From Yuukianura sp. NJ FZ-2021 (lineage: Eukaryota): a stretch of DNA of 64,000 nt. This document shows, in pieces, positions 24,240 to 38,641 of the stretch (position 1 is its first letter; each line of letters opens with the position of its first letter). The stretch is taken from assembly GCA_046563655.1 (NCBI GenBank), contig CM102287.1, positions 5,952,001-6,016,000 on the forward strand. The letters are read 5' to 3'. The position numbers and the translations under genes are program-made. Below the pieces are notes generated by a model. The model searched no databases. It was given only the letters and a program-made list of their open reading frames with translations, and had not been told where the DNA came from.

Positions 24240-27102
24240 TTAAGCCGCCTTGACCTTCTTCCTACTTCCAAAGTAAGCTCGGTAGAAGAAGTGGGCGAAA
24301 AGTAGGAAGTACGAGGCATACATGGCCAGTCCCAAGTGAAGATGGTGATGCGTCACGTGACATTCCAGTTCAGCCACTTTGGCAAAGTAGGCGTAACCAT
24401 TCACTGTTACACCAACGACCTGTCCAAAACAGTTCAAAATTTTAGAATCCTCGTACCAACTGAAAAGAAAATTGACTAAATTTAACAGTGTTACCATTTG
24501 TGACAATTGTAGAATTGTGATGGTCATGGCGATGGGTCGCGGTACCCAGATACCGACTGACCTCAGAGCATAGTAGGAGTACATCAAAGAATGGATGAAG
24601 TAATTGATCACAATGAACCAGCGCGCAGGCGAAATCTGGTCAGCATAAAAGTACCAACAGTACAACAGGACAGTCACGTGATGATACCTGAAATTTTAAA
24701 AAATCGTTGAAAATTTTAGGTTTGCTTTTGAAAAACATCAGAAACCTCGGACTTTCACGTCCTCTTTTCAAAGTTTAGCTAAAACTCAAAGTAATTTCAA
24801 AATTCAAAATAGTAATATTTCAAATTCGATTTCAAATTACTAATTTGAAACAGTACTTGAATAAAAGTGAAAAGTTTCAAAACCATGTCGTTTTGGTTTT
24901 AAAAGTTAAACGTTTACATTTTTTACGCATCACTTTGTGAGGTAGCGTTGTGGACGCCAATTTGATTTTAGAAAGTGAAACTAATCGTCCGAATTATTGC
25001 GTCAAATGATGCATACCTTTAAGACACAAATGGAAATGGAATGCTTTTTGCAACTAGTGTGTCACACATTCCAAGTGCGTTTGAAAGTGCGAAAGTATGA
25101 AATTGCCTAACTTAAGAACAATGCGGACTTACCAATGCAGGAAGATGAGCTGCCTCTTCCTGAGTACAATGAAAACAGTATCCACGAGTTCAGCCAATTT
25201 CGACATACAGAACATCCATCCCCAGAATACTGCTGAATCGCTAATTTCAGTACTGCAAAAATTTAAAAATCATAAAATTAGTTAAAAACAACTTCCAGGT
25301 TCCAGCATATCCTCTGTTTCAGGACATAAAGTTGAAATTGGACAAGGATGCGGATTATTTTAAATTCAACTCCAAGTCTGGAGGAAGCTTTTTCATCCTC
25401 AAAAACCAGTTTTGCCTTCCAATTCAATTTTCAAATTTTGACAAAAAAGGAAACAGGACCTTGCTAAAATGGTTTGCAAATTGGAATAGACAATAGGATT
25501 TGTTTGGACTTGTTTACGGAAGGTTAGTAACAAAAACGAAGTTGAAATGAATTAATTTCCTTCTGTTTTGGAAATAATTATAGTGGATCTTTGCCAAGTT
25601 TGATGTTTTTCCAGTGAGTCAATTCTTTCTTGGATTTAAATGACGATTTAAGAAAACAAAACTTTGCTGCGCCACGATTTGAAGCTGACCTTGAGGATTT
25701 TTGGTATACTGAACTAAACCAAGGTTTTTCGACAACCTAAATACAACAAATTGTATTTCCTACAACAGGTTGTCCAATACCTCAGTGTTTCCAAAAATCT
25801 TACTTCAAACCAATTTTGCAGAAATGCAGAAATCAATTTTGTGGACCAATCCTATTTACATTACATGCAAAAAAATTACCACAGAAGAGTAGATTTTGTT
25901 TCAAACAAATTTTAAAACTTCCAGTTATTGGACAACCTGGTGTAGAAAAAGTTTTTTGTATACAAACCTTGAAGTAAACTTACCACGAAGCACAAACTGA
26001 GTTATGGAATCCATTCAGCGGTCCCCGGCTAGTAAAGATTGCTATAAATTCCGGCAGGACCACAGCCGATCCAGCGATCGAAAACGCTGCAAGCACAAAG
26101 TTCCAAACGGCCATGACACGATGGAGGTCCAATGGCTTCCTATTGCGCATGTACTCTTGTCCAAGACATATGAACAAAACGTACGCTACGACTCCGTATA
26201 GGCTCACAGTCCAGTTCTTTTCCATCCAGTTGACATGTTCGTAACGATCAAAGTCACTCAGCAGTCCAAACAGACTCCCATTGTCTGGCATCTACAAAAT
26301 TTAAACAACATGAATTAGTATGAATGATCAATTAAAGTTGTAATTAATCTCAAGTTTGTAACGTGTTAATCATCTTCTGTTGCATGGTTAGCCATTGGGA
26401 AATTACATTGCTCAACAAACCAACGCACAATAAGGTGAAGGTGAAGCACTATGGAAGGGATAAGTCACTTTGTTGGCTAATTTGGCAACAAATTTGGCCA
26501 ATTGCGAATATTTCGAGCACATGATAACCATTTTCAAACTGGTTTTGGCGTGTTGGGGAAATTTAAATTAGGGGGAATGTCATTTGACCTTGACCGACCC
26601 GATGAAGTGACAATGACCAGACAAAGTGCTTAAATTCAAAAAGCGACGTTCATCAAAACATTTTTTTGGGTTTCGTTTTGCAATGAGTTTTTGCGTAGCG
26701 CTTAGCGCAGTAACGTTTGAATAGTCAAAATTTAAAAATTACAACGCGATGTAGTGTAGAGGTAGACTCAACTCATCCAAAAACCAGGATTTTTGGCGTT
26801 TTTGAGTTTCTTCGTACTGCATTAAATTTTAAAAATTTACAAATTACATTGTATTAAAGTAGTGTAAAGTCAGACGACTTTTAAAATGTTGTTTGACAAG
26901 GAATCGGAAGGAGGGCAAACGAGGAAGAAGAAGCCAAAAAAATTAACAGGTATGCGCAGGCGTCGTGACCCAAAAAGAAAAGCAGACCACCAGACCCAAA
27001 TGTACACATTTCAGTGAAATCGAATCTCTCCGTAAAATATTTATCAGTAATTCAAATAATAGAATTAAGTAGAACTCTCACCTTGACGCGTTGAACTTCC
27101 AT
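24240..27102 (-). CDS. ELOVL6: Very-long-chain fatty acid elongase, ELOVL3/6 (baldspot) type
   Basis: [23 protein letters not shown] histidine box, [34 protein letters not shown], basic C-terminal tail. First coding exon is MEVQRVK. Confidence 0.9.
25720..25971. mobile_element. CAAGG-terminated MITE copy in an ELOVL intron
   Basis: caagg...ccttg termini. Flanks aactaaac/aagtaaac form a 7/8 TSD. Confidence 0.65.
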
Positions 27103-28564
27103 TGTTGCACTTTCTTTAAGTTTTTAGTGAAAACGAACCAGTTTCAAAAATGCTTTCAAAAAATTACGGTGATAGGACAACTTTCGGTTGTAGCAGCGTC
27201 GAAAGCAAGCCGGATTCAGCGCAACAGCAAATTACGATCCGCTTAACCGTTGTCGCTTTCATCCAAAACTGAAATTGGCTTCCCCAAAAATTTCAAAATG
27301 AAACAGAGACGCTATTTGCAGTTTCTCTAGTCACAATTTGACACGTTCGAGTGCAGTACTACTGCTGAGTGGTGGATTCTACTTCTTCAACTGAGCTCCA
27401 ATTCGCCATGAGCATCCCCTTAATAAAGACTTGCAGATCAAGTCTCCTTTCTAAATGGACTTTGATCATTAAGAAAAACTCACTTGATCAGTTCTTTTTG
27501 CAGAGATGAAGATAATTGTTGAGAAAGATCACAAAATAATGAAAGAAAATGGGCGGGGCAGGGGGATGAAAAAGTTTTTAGCGCGACAACAACCTCCCTA
27601 ACACAAACAACATTCTACTACGTCTGACGTCGACTTCGCACTAACTTTACCGCAGGCGAGAATCAGTAGGATAATCGTATGAAAAATTACGCTAATCCGA
27701 TTGACTTAACGCGACAAGACGCATAGTTTATGGGAAACTCGCGATTATGTCTGGAAATCAATGCGGCAAAAATCACACCTTGATTATTCAACCGTTTAAC
27801 GACTTTTTCTGCATAAAAATGCTGGAATTTCTGGAACTTGCGACATTAGGATTGCTACGAACAAAACGAGTTAACCGATTAAATCAGTTTCATAAATTGG
27901 CATAAAACTCGTTGTTGGTAGTACCAACTTGGTACTAGACTTGACCAGGATGCGGATACTCCAGGGTGCGTTCGTAAGCGTGCCAAATCAGGATGACAAA
28001 AGTGACTCTTCACATATAGTGGAATGTCGCCTTCTCGGTGTCTCCGTACTCCGTGACCTCACGCTATTACTACAGAAAGTGACACAATCCACCCGTCATT
28101 GGAGAAACCCATAAATGTTAGCCCAGTCTGGAAGATGTGGTTTTTCCAAGCTGGATTTCCATTGTTATGATAGACCTGGATCTCTGGAACTTCGGCAAGA
28201 TGTAATAGTACAGGAATCCTGCAAAGTAAAAACAAGTTAAATGCTTAATTCATTTCGTGTTAAGAATACGAAAAAACTCGTTTTTACTTTCATAGAACGT
28301 TACCTTTAGTAGGATTCCCCAGCCACTCCATTCCAAAAACAACAAAGGAAGATGATAAATCCAGTAATTTGGTAGTTTGGCGGGCATGACGCTCTTCCTC
28401 GGCCATGACGCACTTCATGCATGACAAATTGACATGAGCAGGGCAGTAGCCTTTGAGAAGTGTTTCGTAGATTTCCATCTTGCTCAGCTTCCTGGTCATT
28501 GCATGTCAATACCGAAACCTTTCATCCCGAAAGATCTTGATGAATAAGATCAAGTGTATGGGAG

Positions 28565-28815
28565 CACGCCATTATTTCGAAAAGATTGTTTCGAATGCGA
28601 ATTGTTTCAAAAAATAATTGTTTCGAAAAACAAAGTGTTTATGGTTTAAAGTTTAGCTTTAGATTAATTTGGATTAGATGAGTCTAGTTTAGGTAAGTTA
28701 GCATTATTTTAGGTTACATTAAGTTAAGTTTAGGCATAAAAATTAGCGGTTCGAAACTTATTATTTTTCGAAACAATTCAATTCGAAACATTTCTAATCG
28801 AAGAAATGGCATTGA
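28565..28815. repeat. Degenerate foldback element with ttcgaa subrepeats and a ttagg-like core
   Basis: Inverted arrays gccattatttcgaa...tcgaagaaatggc. No TSD seen. Confidence 0.5.
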
Positions 28816-29193
28816 CCGAAAGCTCACTGAACCCATGTCTTGAAAAATTACCATTGTTGCTTTTTCTTCAAGACGTGCTGGAAAGGTGAACAACTTCTGA
28901 GCCACAGGTCAGGTGAGGTGGTGACTGATTTACAAGTTGTCCGTGAGTGCAGAGAAGCTGAAAGCTTCTTGAAAGCCTTTATTAACGTAGTAATTAAACA
29001 TAAATTGGTGGTTATGGTTATGTTTTTGGTAAATTGGTGACGGTGAGTGGCAGGCAGAGTCTGGAACCTCCCAGTGACTCCTCCCCCATTTGGACTAGAA
29101 CTGAATTTATAACTTTGTTACTTTAGCTTAGTTAGCAAGACTTGGAAAAATGTGACTTCAGAGAGCACTGATCCTCCGGTCAAAAGTGCGGAT

Positions 29194-32100
29194 TTATGGA
29201 GAAACACCAAGCGTCACAACTTCTTTAATCGGAAAATCCTTGTTCCCCTCCCATTTGATGTTCGTGTATTCTCGACCAATTTCAAAGCATTTCTGCTGGG
29301 CTTGAATTCGCTGCGACGACATTTCGACATAGTAAAGGAGAGCCAAATATACAAATTGGTATCTAAAAAAATAAAATCGTGTTTAGATAAATTCATTCAA
29401 CTAGATTTTTCTATTCAGTTTTGTAAAATGTGAAACTTACTGGGCTTCTGTCTGGACCTAAAAAGTTCATTAAACAAACGTTTTACTTACGAAAACATTT
29501 TACTAAACCAAATCAAAGTTCGGAACAGATCAAGCGAAAAGCTGAGTTGAGTGATAGTTACTCACCATTCCAGATCGCTGCGAACGCACCATTTGTATAG
29601 TCCGTCTGACGTCAATATCTGTGTGGAGACCGTGTCTCCGAATTTGATCCACAATCAGATCTATCACGATAAATGTTCCTGTCCGACCAATACCAGCAGA
29701 ACAATGCACAACGATCGGTCCAGCTTTGTCTATGCTTTCTTGACGTAGGTTGATTTCTGACAAAAAGTTTAGAACGCATCCCGGGTCATCTGGGCAACCA
29801 TGATCGGGCCAAGCCTAAAAATGGACACAAAACATTAGAGCAAAATTGGAAAAAACCCCCCAACATTTCTTCGGATCAGTCGATCAAATATGAAGTTTTC
29901 CTCAGAAGAGTCAAAAAAATTCTGACAACGATTTCCTTACACTGAAATGAAATTGGTAAATGATTCGTTGCTCTCCTTCTCTGCATAAAGAAAATTCGCG
30001 AAGCGTGAAGTCGGCATTGGATGTCTCTTTCATATGTGTGAGTGTCATGCCACCATCCAGTGTTTTGGATTCTCCAGCATCCGGCCAATAGTGGGCACAT
30101 TTGCTCTACAAAACAGGATTTTATTTTAATTAACTGAATTATAATACTCGTTGAATTAATTACCTTGCTCCTCTCAATGTCTTTCGTAGTGGATACAATG
30201 AGACGAGAGTTCTCCTGCCAGATCATAAACCAAAAATCGGAAACTGTTGAAGGCAAGCAGCCCTGTGTCGCTATATAGCATTTCTTGCAATCTTCAAATA
30301 TTTCTCCTTCCGGCTACAACAGTTGGAGTTGAGGAAAAGAAAGTTATCGATCAGACAATCAAAAGGAAACAAACTAGAAGGAATGGAAACCAGTTTACCT
30401 TGATATAATTGGCATTGATGTAATCATGTGGCCATGGTTCTCTCAAAATAACCCGAGTGTGGTCAAATGGTAGGATGTTCTTGTATCTATTCTTGTAACG
30501 ATTTGCTGCTTTCTGACCTTCCTTCCTTGAGAACAAATGCTTCATTTCCTGTTGTTGGAGAGACTCAAACTCTTCCCAGAATCCAGCCTTCTTTCCGTTT
30601 TCACGTTGCAGTTCTTTGACGCGGACGTCAATACCCGATGCAGGAATTCTCGTAGCATTTAGCGGTTGTTTCAAATGAACAATCGTTCCAGTTGTATCGA
30701 CCATTGGATTTACCTGGAAGACAGAACAAGTTTTAGCAGAGAACATTTGGAGATGACGATGAATTTGAAATCCCAATCACTCCAGGATTAAAAACGCAAA
30801 AACGAACAATCAGAGTCAGAGCCACAAGAAAAGTGAGGTAACACTGAGCGGCCAGAGTCAAAAACTGAATCTCTAAATTCTAAGAATCTCGGGAAATACT
30901 ATACATCTACAAACCTTGCTTAATGTCATCCAAAGTCAAGGTTCAAGACTTAATCGTATGAAGGTTAGTTATCAAGTTATCGTATCAGATAGAAAGGCAA
31001 TCTCTGACTGGAAGTCGTCTTTACCTTCTCAATACAACCAACAATGTTAACGAGATAACGTTAACGTTGTGGGTTGGAAGAGATGACGATCAACCAATGG
31101 CCATTGTCCACGGCTCAGGGAAGAAATATGTAGAGCCCTGACTCTGGCATTGACACAAGGTCATGATAAAAATAGGTGACCTTGTATGATTATAATTTAC
31201 CTTGCAATGTTCAATGAGGTCGCTTAGAGATTCAAATTTTTCTCCACCGCCAACGTCATATTTTCCGTTCTGCAATTACCAATAAATTGAAATTGAGCAA
31301 TTAAGTTATAACTTCGATCGTAAGAAGTGACGTGAATACCATGCAGCGAATTTTCACATGGGTGACAACGTTGTCAGTTCGAACAGAAAGAACAAAATGT
31401 CCGGGTTGGGACTGAGATTCTCTGACCTTGAACGAAAAACACACCGAAAAAAAGATCAATAAAACAGAAAAATACATTTAACTATAATTATTGTAGAGTT
31501 TAGTATTGTGTCTGATTCTTACAAGGAATGATCCTGGTTTTGCCTTTTCTGTGATACCTTTCTCCGTTGGCTTTCCGAGTGTATCCCCTCTGAAAAAGTA
31601 AAACGTGTCTGTCACTTACCATACCAAACTAATCAAATTACTAATACAATACATTACTGCTGAAAACTCACCGACGAGAGCGATCATCTAGAAGAAGGCG
31701 TTCTGCTTCTAAACCGGAGATATTTGAATGGAACCATCGTTCATTCGTTGGGTCGGCGCAGTAGAGTGGGAACTTGAGTTCAATTGGATCGCCATTTTTT
31801 TCTCGTAATTGACCCTGAAAAACAAAGCAGTAAACGCAAACGGTAGTTTTATTATTTAAATGTCTCTGCAGCTAAAGAAGTTTAGAACTTCAAAAAATAT
31901 CGAACCTGGTTCTCCGTATAAAATTGAATTAGTTCCGAAAGGGTTGCAAATTTTTCTCCACCGTACCTAAAAAAACAACAATTCCACATAAATCAGATTT
32001 CGAATTCGCATTTAATAATAAGGATTAACGGAAGAGCCTCACAGATCATAAAAGTCTCCAGTATTTTGTATCTTCACGTGAGTCACGTTGCCTTGTTTCC

Positions 32101-32323
32101 TATGAACGCTAAGAGTAAAGTCACCCGGAGATGACCTCGACGGTCGTGCAAGATAGCTACCTTCTACGCCACGTTCAAGTAGAAGTCTTTCAGCTTCCAG
32201 GCCCGAAATATTTGGATGAAACCATCTAAATCACAGCAGAGAAGATAGTAAGTATTAACACTCTAGCTAGGTAAGTTTCAGTTAAATCAGATAGGTACGA
32301 ACTCACCTTCGATACGAACTCAT
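29194..32323 (-). CDS. csw: Corkscrew / SHP2 (PTPN11) tyrosine phosphatase
   Basis: Two SH2 domains ([16 protein letters not shown]), [34 protein letters not shown] and tail GREYTNIK. Confidence 0.95.
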
Positions 32324-34913
32324 GATTTTGCGATTAAGATTGGGTCATAAATTGAATGCTTTTGACGAAGTTCCAAGATTTCTCCTATAAGTAGCTCACT
32401 GCGAACCTGCAGGTCATGAAATCTTGCCTCCTTCCTTCCTGAAACCAAATACCATGTGCTGAACGCTTCCTGAAAATGAAATAAGTAACACAATATGAAT
32501 TCTGCACTGCAAGCAAAAAGTAAACTGTGACGAGCGTCCACCAACCTTTGACGCAAGGTGAGACTCAAATTCTTCAAGATGTCAGCAGTAAAAAAGACGA
32601 CAACACAAAACTTGAGTCTTCGGTTTATGAGAACACGCGCAGTGAACCTTCACGTAAACTTTCACTTCTTAAAAGTGAAATTGTGGTCAATTATTCTATC
32701 CTTGTTTCATGGTTAGTTCGATGTTCTCAAAGTGTTTATGAATACGCGAAGACGCGACCTAGAGTCACAAGTTTTACGTTCGTACAACCGTCTAGGTTCA
32801 TTTCACGATGATGTAAACGCTGAACTCATTGGAGACGGACACTGTGTAGCGATCAGCGGTGCGTTAAACGTGTGCAGCACATCCACAGCTGATTGAGTCA
32901 ACACCTCAAAGCTGCAACTGACACTGACAGAGAACTTCCTGATTCCTGCAAAGGTTTCCAAATTGTTAGTCATTCAACAAACGCTTATTCCAACCCAGTG
33001 TTTAACTTAATCTTACAACAAGAGGGTGTGAATAAGATAAGTAATCAACACAACTTACAATTATTCAGTGATTCAGCTCGTAATGGAGTTGTTAATTTCT
33101 TCCTAACTTCATACAAGTCAATCTTCCCCTCCCTTTTGTTGTTAACTACCAACGTAGGATTTAAATGACCAAATGATGAGATGAAGGTTGACTGACGAAC
33201 ACTCCAAGGACATGAACAACGAAGTGGGAAGTGGCTTTATTGATGTTGACATGACGTACGAATTATGCAAATACTGAGCAGCTGTGAATGAGTTCTTCCT
33301 TAGATCTCCCACGCGCCAAAATTAAGTGCTCACACCACATTGCACTCAATTCAGAACCAAAACTTTTAAAGGAAAACTCCACGCCCTGCTGTTTTTTTTT
33401 AATAAAATGGGTAGTCTTTTTTTTCTAAATACATTGGATTTTTAAAAGTTATTTTAGGCACCTCTCATGCATCACTTTGGACATGGAGTGCAAATTGAAT
33501 TTTTTTGTTATATGGCTCTTCATGTGAGATGTGATGTTGAGACAACAGTTAGTTAAGCGTGTACCGTTAACCGTTTTTCCAGATTTAGCATAAACTCGAG
33601 GAATAGATGGATACTTTTCGAGGTTTAACGATTCAAAAACAACGATTAAGGTTTGATAATAGTCACGAAGCTTAAAAGTTCTAACGATTGATAAAAACTT
33701 GAGGCACATTTTGAATCTGTGAACATTTGAAAATGTCAAAAAACCGTTAATGAGGTTTTTGACCTCGTGTCATCATAATGTAGTAATTCACACGAAACAA
33801 ATTGTATTTTGCCTTTTAGAACTGTGTGAAGCTGTAATATTAAAAGCTTTTGCCTCCAGCAACTTTTCGTTCTGTCACTTCAATTTTGAGGGTAAATTCC
33901 ATTTTCCAAAGTCATGAATCCTATTGTACATGTTTAAAATTTTTAAAACAAGTTGAAACTTCCAACATGGAAGGATAGTGTGATGTTAGAATTTTGGAGT
34001 TTATTTATAATTTGACTGTTTGAGATTTATTTTGGGGAGCATTGTTCTTGTGAATTCCTTTGTTTTGGTCAGTATGCAGTGCAGTAGTGGAATTTGAGCA
34101 TGTTTTTCTCACCCTCGAGCTGAATCAACCCCCTACCCCCTTGGACAAACGCGTGGACCCCTTTGCTCCATGGCATCCCTTCATGCCATTCTGTGTGAGT
34201 GAGTGTCCGCTACTTGGCAATTGGCATTGGATACCCTCTCAAGGCTACCACCGATCCGAATAGTCGAAAACAACAAGCATCCTACTCAGACAGTAGTCAG
34301 TCACCCAAGTATTCACGGCAGTTACCACTAATTAATTAGTCTGTCTTCAAATTACTCAACACTGTTTTTCGACATCTTTTGTGCTTATGAACTAAAAACG
34401 TTAACGAGAAAAGCCGACGCTTAAAATAGTCGAGGGACATCGGGGGATCGCTGTTTAGTCTACTTGATCATACGGTAAGCGGATTTTTGTGTACTTTTGA
34501 AATGTAATCACTAGATTGCCATCAACTTACGTCTTGAAGTAAGTTGTAAGCACTATGAAGGGCAACGGCAAGGACATCGACCTGACTGAAAGTTGATTGT
34601 TAACTGGCAGGGCACGTGGGAATTTAATCAGTTATCAGTACAAATTTACTAAGTCACCTCTGTTCAAAAGTCGCCGATGATAAGCCGACGCTTAAGAGTT
34701 TGATGACAAATTTGACGAAAACGTAAATGTCACAGTCGATGTTAAATTCGTAATTTTGTGTTCTAGAGAAGGCAGCCCGATTCGTTTCAAGCGTTCCCTA
34801 GGAAGTATGCTGGTGTCTCCGTGATTCAAATTCACAACTTCCTGCGCCACTTGCTACCGGCGACAGCAGAACCGTCGACTATCTCTACTTACTGAAGAAG
34901 GAACTGCAAGGTT

Positions 34914-37883
34914 ATGTTCGATTCCAGCACATCCGTCCGAGTACATTTGCCACATCAACCGGAGAAATTAGACCAGCAGTCGGTGGGTAGCCTCAGCGAG
35001 AAACTCAAACTGCACCTCCAGTCGAAAGCCCACCTCCAGTCCGAATTAAAAATGGAATCCAAAAGCGAACTTCCGCCGCCAACCAGTTCTCCGCAGCTCG
35101 GCTCATCTCCGGCCCATTTTACTCAAAACTTCCCGCATTTTGGTCAATCCATTCATTTCTTGCCTCCTCCACAACAGAATCAATTTTCACCAATTCAATT
35201 TGACGATGGAAGAATGTCTGCGAGAATCATCAAAGACAAGAATTCAGGAGATCCACCGTCAGAAATCTTAGATTTGGATTCGAATCGGGTTCACCTCTAT
35301 AACATTCAACAGGAACAGAACTTCTACCGTCCGTATTTCATGGCTCAAGGTTCTCCAGCTATTCCTCTAACCGGAAATGGGTGGTCGCCGCAACCACCTC
35401 CTGATGCACATTATGCTTCCAGTCCATTTTCACAAGAAATTTACACTCGCAACCCTGCTCCGCCACCACCACCGCAGTCGAATCTAGGCTACAACAATTA
35501 CGTTGCCGAAGCTGCATACGCTCCACCACCGCCTCAAGTCACTGAATCAGTTCCAAGTCTGACATTTCAAGCTCTCACACAGCCGCCTCAGCCTAGGCCA
35601 ATTGCACAACTTCAGCCGCGCCAAATTTCGCAAGTATCTCCAGCACCTCCAGTACACGCTAATGCAGTTAAAAAAGAAATCAGACCTGGCGAAACTCCGA
35701 TTACTCCGGAAATGATGCGTGGTAAAGGGAAAGGCGGAGCATGCAAACGCCCTAAGGCATACGAATGTACAACTTGCAATAAGTGGTTCACCAGTTCAGG
35801 TCACTTGAAACGCCATTACGGAACTACTCTCCACAAGGTAATTGCTAAATTAAGTTAACTAAAAGTTTAAAAAAAGTTAAGTGAGTGCTCCATGTGCGGA
35901 TAAGCTTAAACTCGCGACTTGCATACAAGCTTGAATGCAAGCTGTTGAGTAGCTAACAGCATTTCAAAGTTTTTTGAACCCTATTGTTATCCTAATCCTA
36001 AATATCATCACGCGTTATCGATACTTATAGTTTCAATAACACGTGATGAGAGATAAGACGCTCGATAGTTATCGCACGTGTCAGATAATGAGAAGATAAC
36101 AGGATAGTTAATCAGTCATATGGCTGTTTGTTAGCTTTTAAGTATGTAATTTGCATGCAAGAAGTTCAAACGTAATCTAATCGTTTAGAATCACGAAATT
36201 TTAATTCGAAAAGTATTAAAAGACTAGAATCTTCGGTGGCCTACGGCCACCGAAAGATTCTAGACTGTAGCGTACGTACCAGTTTGACTGACTAATCGCA
36301 CAAAAAACGATTACACAATAGTTAAATTTAGGAAAACACGGGCCAAAAACAAATGTTGGGTGCAATTATCCAATATTTAGTTTATTTCAACCGTTGTTTG
36401 TACAAAATTGTCATGCGCGCAGCGGAGGGTAGATTCGCTATTGGGAGAGTAAATGAGGAGAGTGGATAAGAAGACCACTACTATGACATATAGCTTGTTT
36501 TCCTCGTGTGCTTGAGTGAGAGTTAACTGTTTATGTTTTGCTCCTGTTCACACAAAGTGAATAAGAGAGCCAGGAGTTAACTCTCATTTCACTCACACAC
36601 AGAGGACAGGAGGACTGTGTTAGAGATGCTGTAATATGTGTATGATGATTTCGTTTTTTTTTAAGAATTCGGCGCAACAAAACGGCACGGAAGGAATGGA
36701 GCCAGCAATTGGTCCTGGACGGGGAAAGGGCAAGAAAAATAAGAAAATCAAGCTGGATACTGACAACGGAAGTTCAGACGCTGGACCGTTAAACTCTCCG
36801 CGACCATTGTCAGCTTCAAGCGATCTTGACCGACCTAAAAACGGAATCAACGGTATCACCAACGAGCTTCCACCACAACCTTCTCTGCCATTCGCACCTC
36901 CAGTTACTATTCAGCACCAAGGCCCACCCGCAGCCTATCTATACATTGGAGAATCTCAGCTCCCTCAGCTACTGGCGTCGCAGCAGCATCAGCCTCAATT
37001 TCTTCCAAATTTTGACCCGACTGGAACAATTTACAGCAATCCGCATTCTATTCAATTGCCCGGAATTTACAATGCTGTTGGCTATCCTGTCATGGAAGTT
37101 TCACTTCCGCCGTTCAATTCACATCCTCCTGTGTCCGCCGCCCAATACATTGCAGGGATTGCAGCCTACCAACATCAAAACGGAAGTAATGGAACTACTG
37201 GCAATGGGATTAGCACTAACGGAAACAGCCCAGAACCGACCGTGAAGAAGGAAGAACCGGAAGAGAGTCCTGAAGTTGGCCGAGGAGCATCGCCTGGAAC
37301 TACTGCCAATCCCTGGCTTAGTCCAGCCCAGCACGACCACACGTCGCCAGAGGACAGCCAATCTTCCCAGTCAAGCGGACAGGAACCGACGGAGTCGTTC
37401 GCAGGGTTAGCCAGCACATTGCTGGAAGACGCTTCTGTAGAAGGTAAGAAGAAACTGATCCAATGTCCAATTTGTGCCAAGACTTTTACTCGAGCTTGCT
37501 ATCTTACTCAGCATAAGAACACTCAACACTCCAGTACCGAAGGACAGTTCAAGTGCCATGTTTGTGGCAAGAAGTTCCAGGAAGAACCAGCTCTTTTAGA
37601 ACATATCTCAAAACATGGCGGAAACAAACCATTCCAGTGCATCCTCTGCCCCAAGAACTTCAACCATAAATCGGATCTGCGCAGACATGTTTGTCAACAT
37701 ACCGGGACTTATGAAAATATTTGCTCAGACTGTGGAAAAGGCTTTACGCGGAAGGACCATATGCTCAAGCATGCAGAAACTCATAAAAAGAATTCCCCCA
37801 ATCGATTCCAGCATCCCCCAGCACACGAAATGCATGCACTCGCTTCCAGCCCCCCACCCCCTATGCTGACTCCTTACGAATGA
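34914..37883 (+). CDS. C2H2 zinc-finger transcription factor, ~713 aa (exons 34914-35837, 36666-37883)
   Basis: Pro/Gln-rich regions, one isolated finger CTTCNKWFTSSGHLKRHYGTTLH, and four C-terminal C2H2 fingers. In-frame GT-AG intron. Confidence 0.9.
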
Positions 37884-38641
37884 GATGCGTAGGATCGTGA
37901 TTTCTGTCGCAACGCAGCAGTAGCAAGCTGCTTATCTCAAGCTCATACTGATGATGCCATAACTAAACAATTTACCTTGATATTTACCTTTTGCAGATTA
38001 GTACCTCAATTTGTGTACCTTATTTTAGGAGACTTTTAGTCTTAAAAGACTAATTTAGTCTAATAGTACTTTTTAGTACTTACGAAGAGAGTATTGATGA
38101 CAATGGAGAAAAAATGACAAAACGAAAGTTCCTTAAACTGATCACAAATTGCAATTATTCTTTGTTTAGAAAAGAATAAGTTAAACCTATAAAAATAAGT
38201 AAAGTGCCTTACTATTTTATAATACTCTACTCCTTATTGCTTTCTTATGTTATGTAAATATTCTTAGCGGTAAACTTTAGTTCCTAAAATTGAAATGTTT
38301 TCACTCGAAATATATTATTATAAGTATAAATCGATTTATATAATAATATATAAATATAATAAGACAAGATAGAAGTAAGTGCCAGAATACCAGAGCTACT
38401 CAAGGGGTCTCAAAGAATTACTCCGTCCACTGGGTCGTGATGGAGCTGATCTCTGGAAAAGACAAAACACAAATTGATTGATAAATTTGCTCAGTATTTC
38501 TCTGTCTTAATTACCTAAAATCTTAATTTTTTAAAAATTTTGTTCCATCATTCTTACTTACTTTTTTAAACGAATTTTTGTTACGTTACTTTCTAATGCA
38601 ATACTTCTGTTACTAACTACTGCTGAAAGTAAATCTTACTC

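Noticed and set aside
34411..34695. 14-bp repeat aagccgacgcttaa occurring twice upstream of the zinc-finger CDS
   Set aside because: Only two copies and no recognisable motif; cannot be distinguished from chance or a local duplication.
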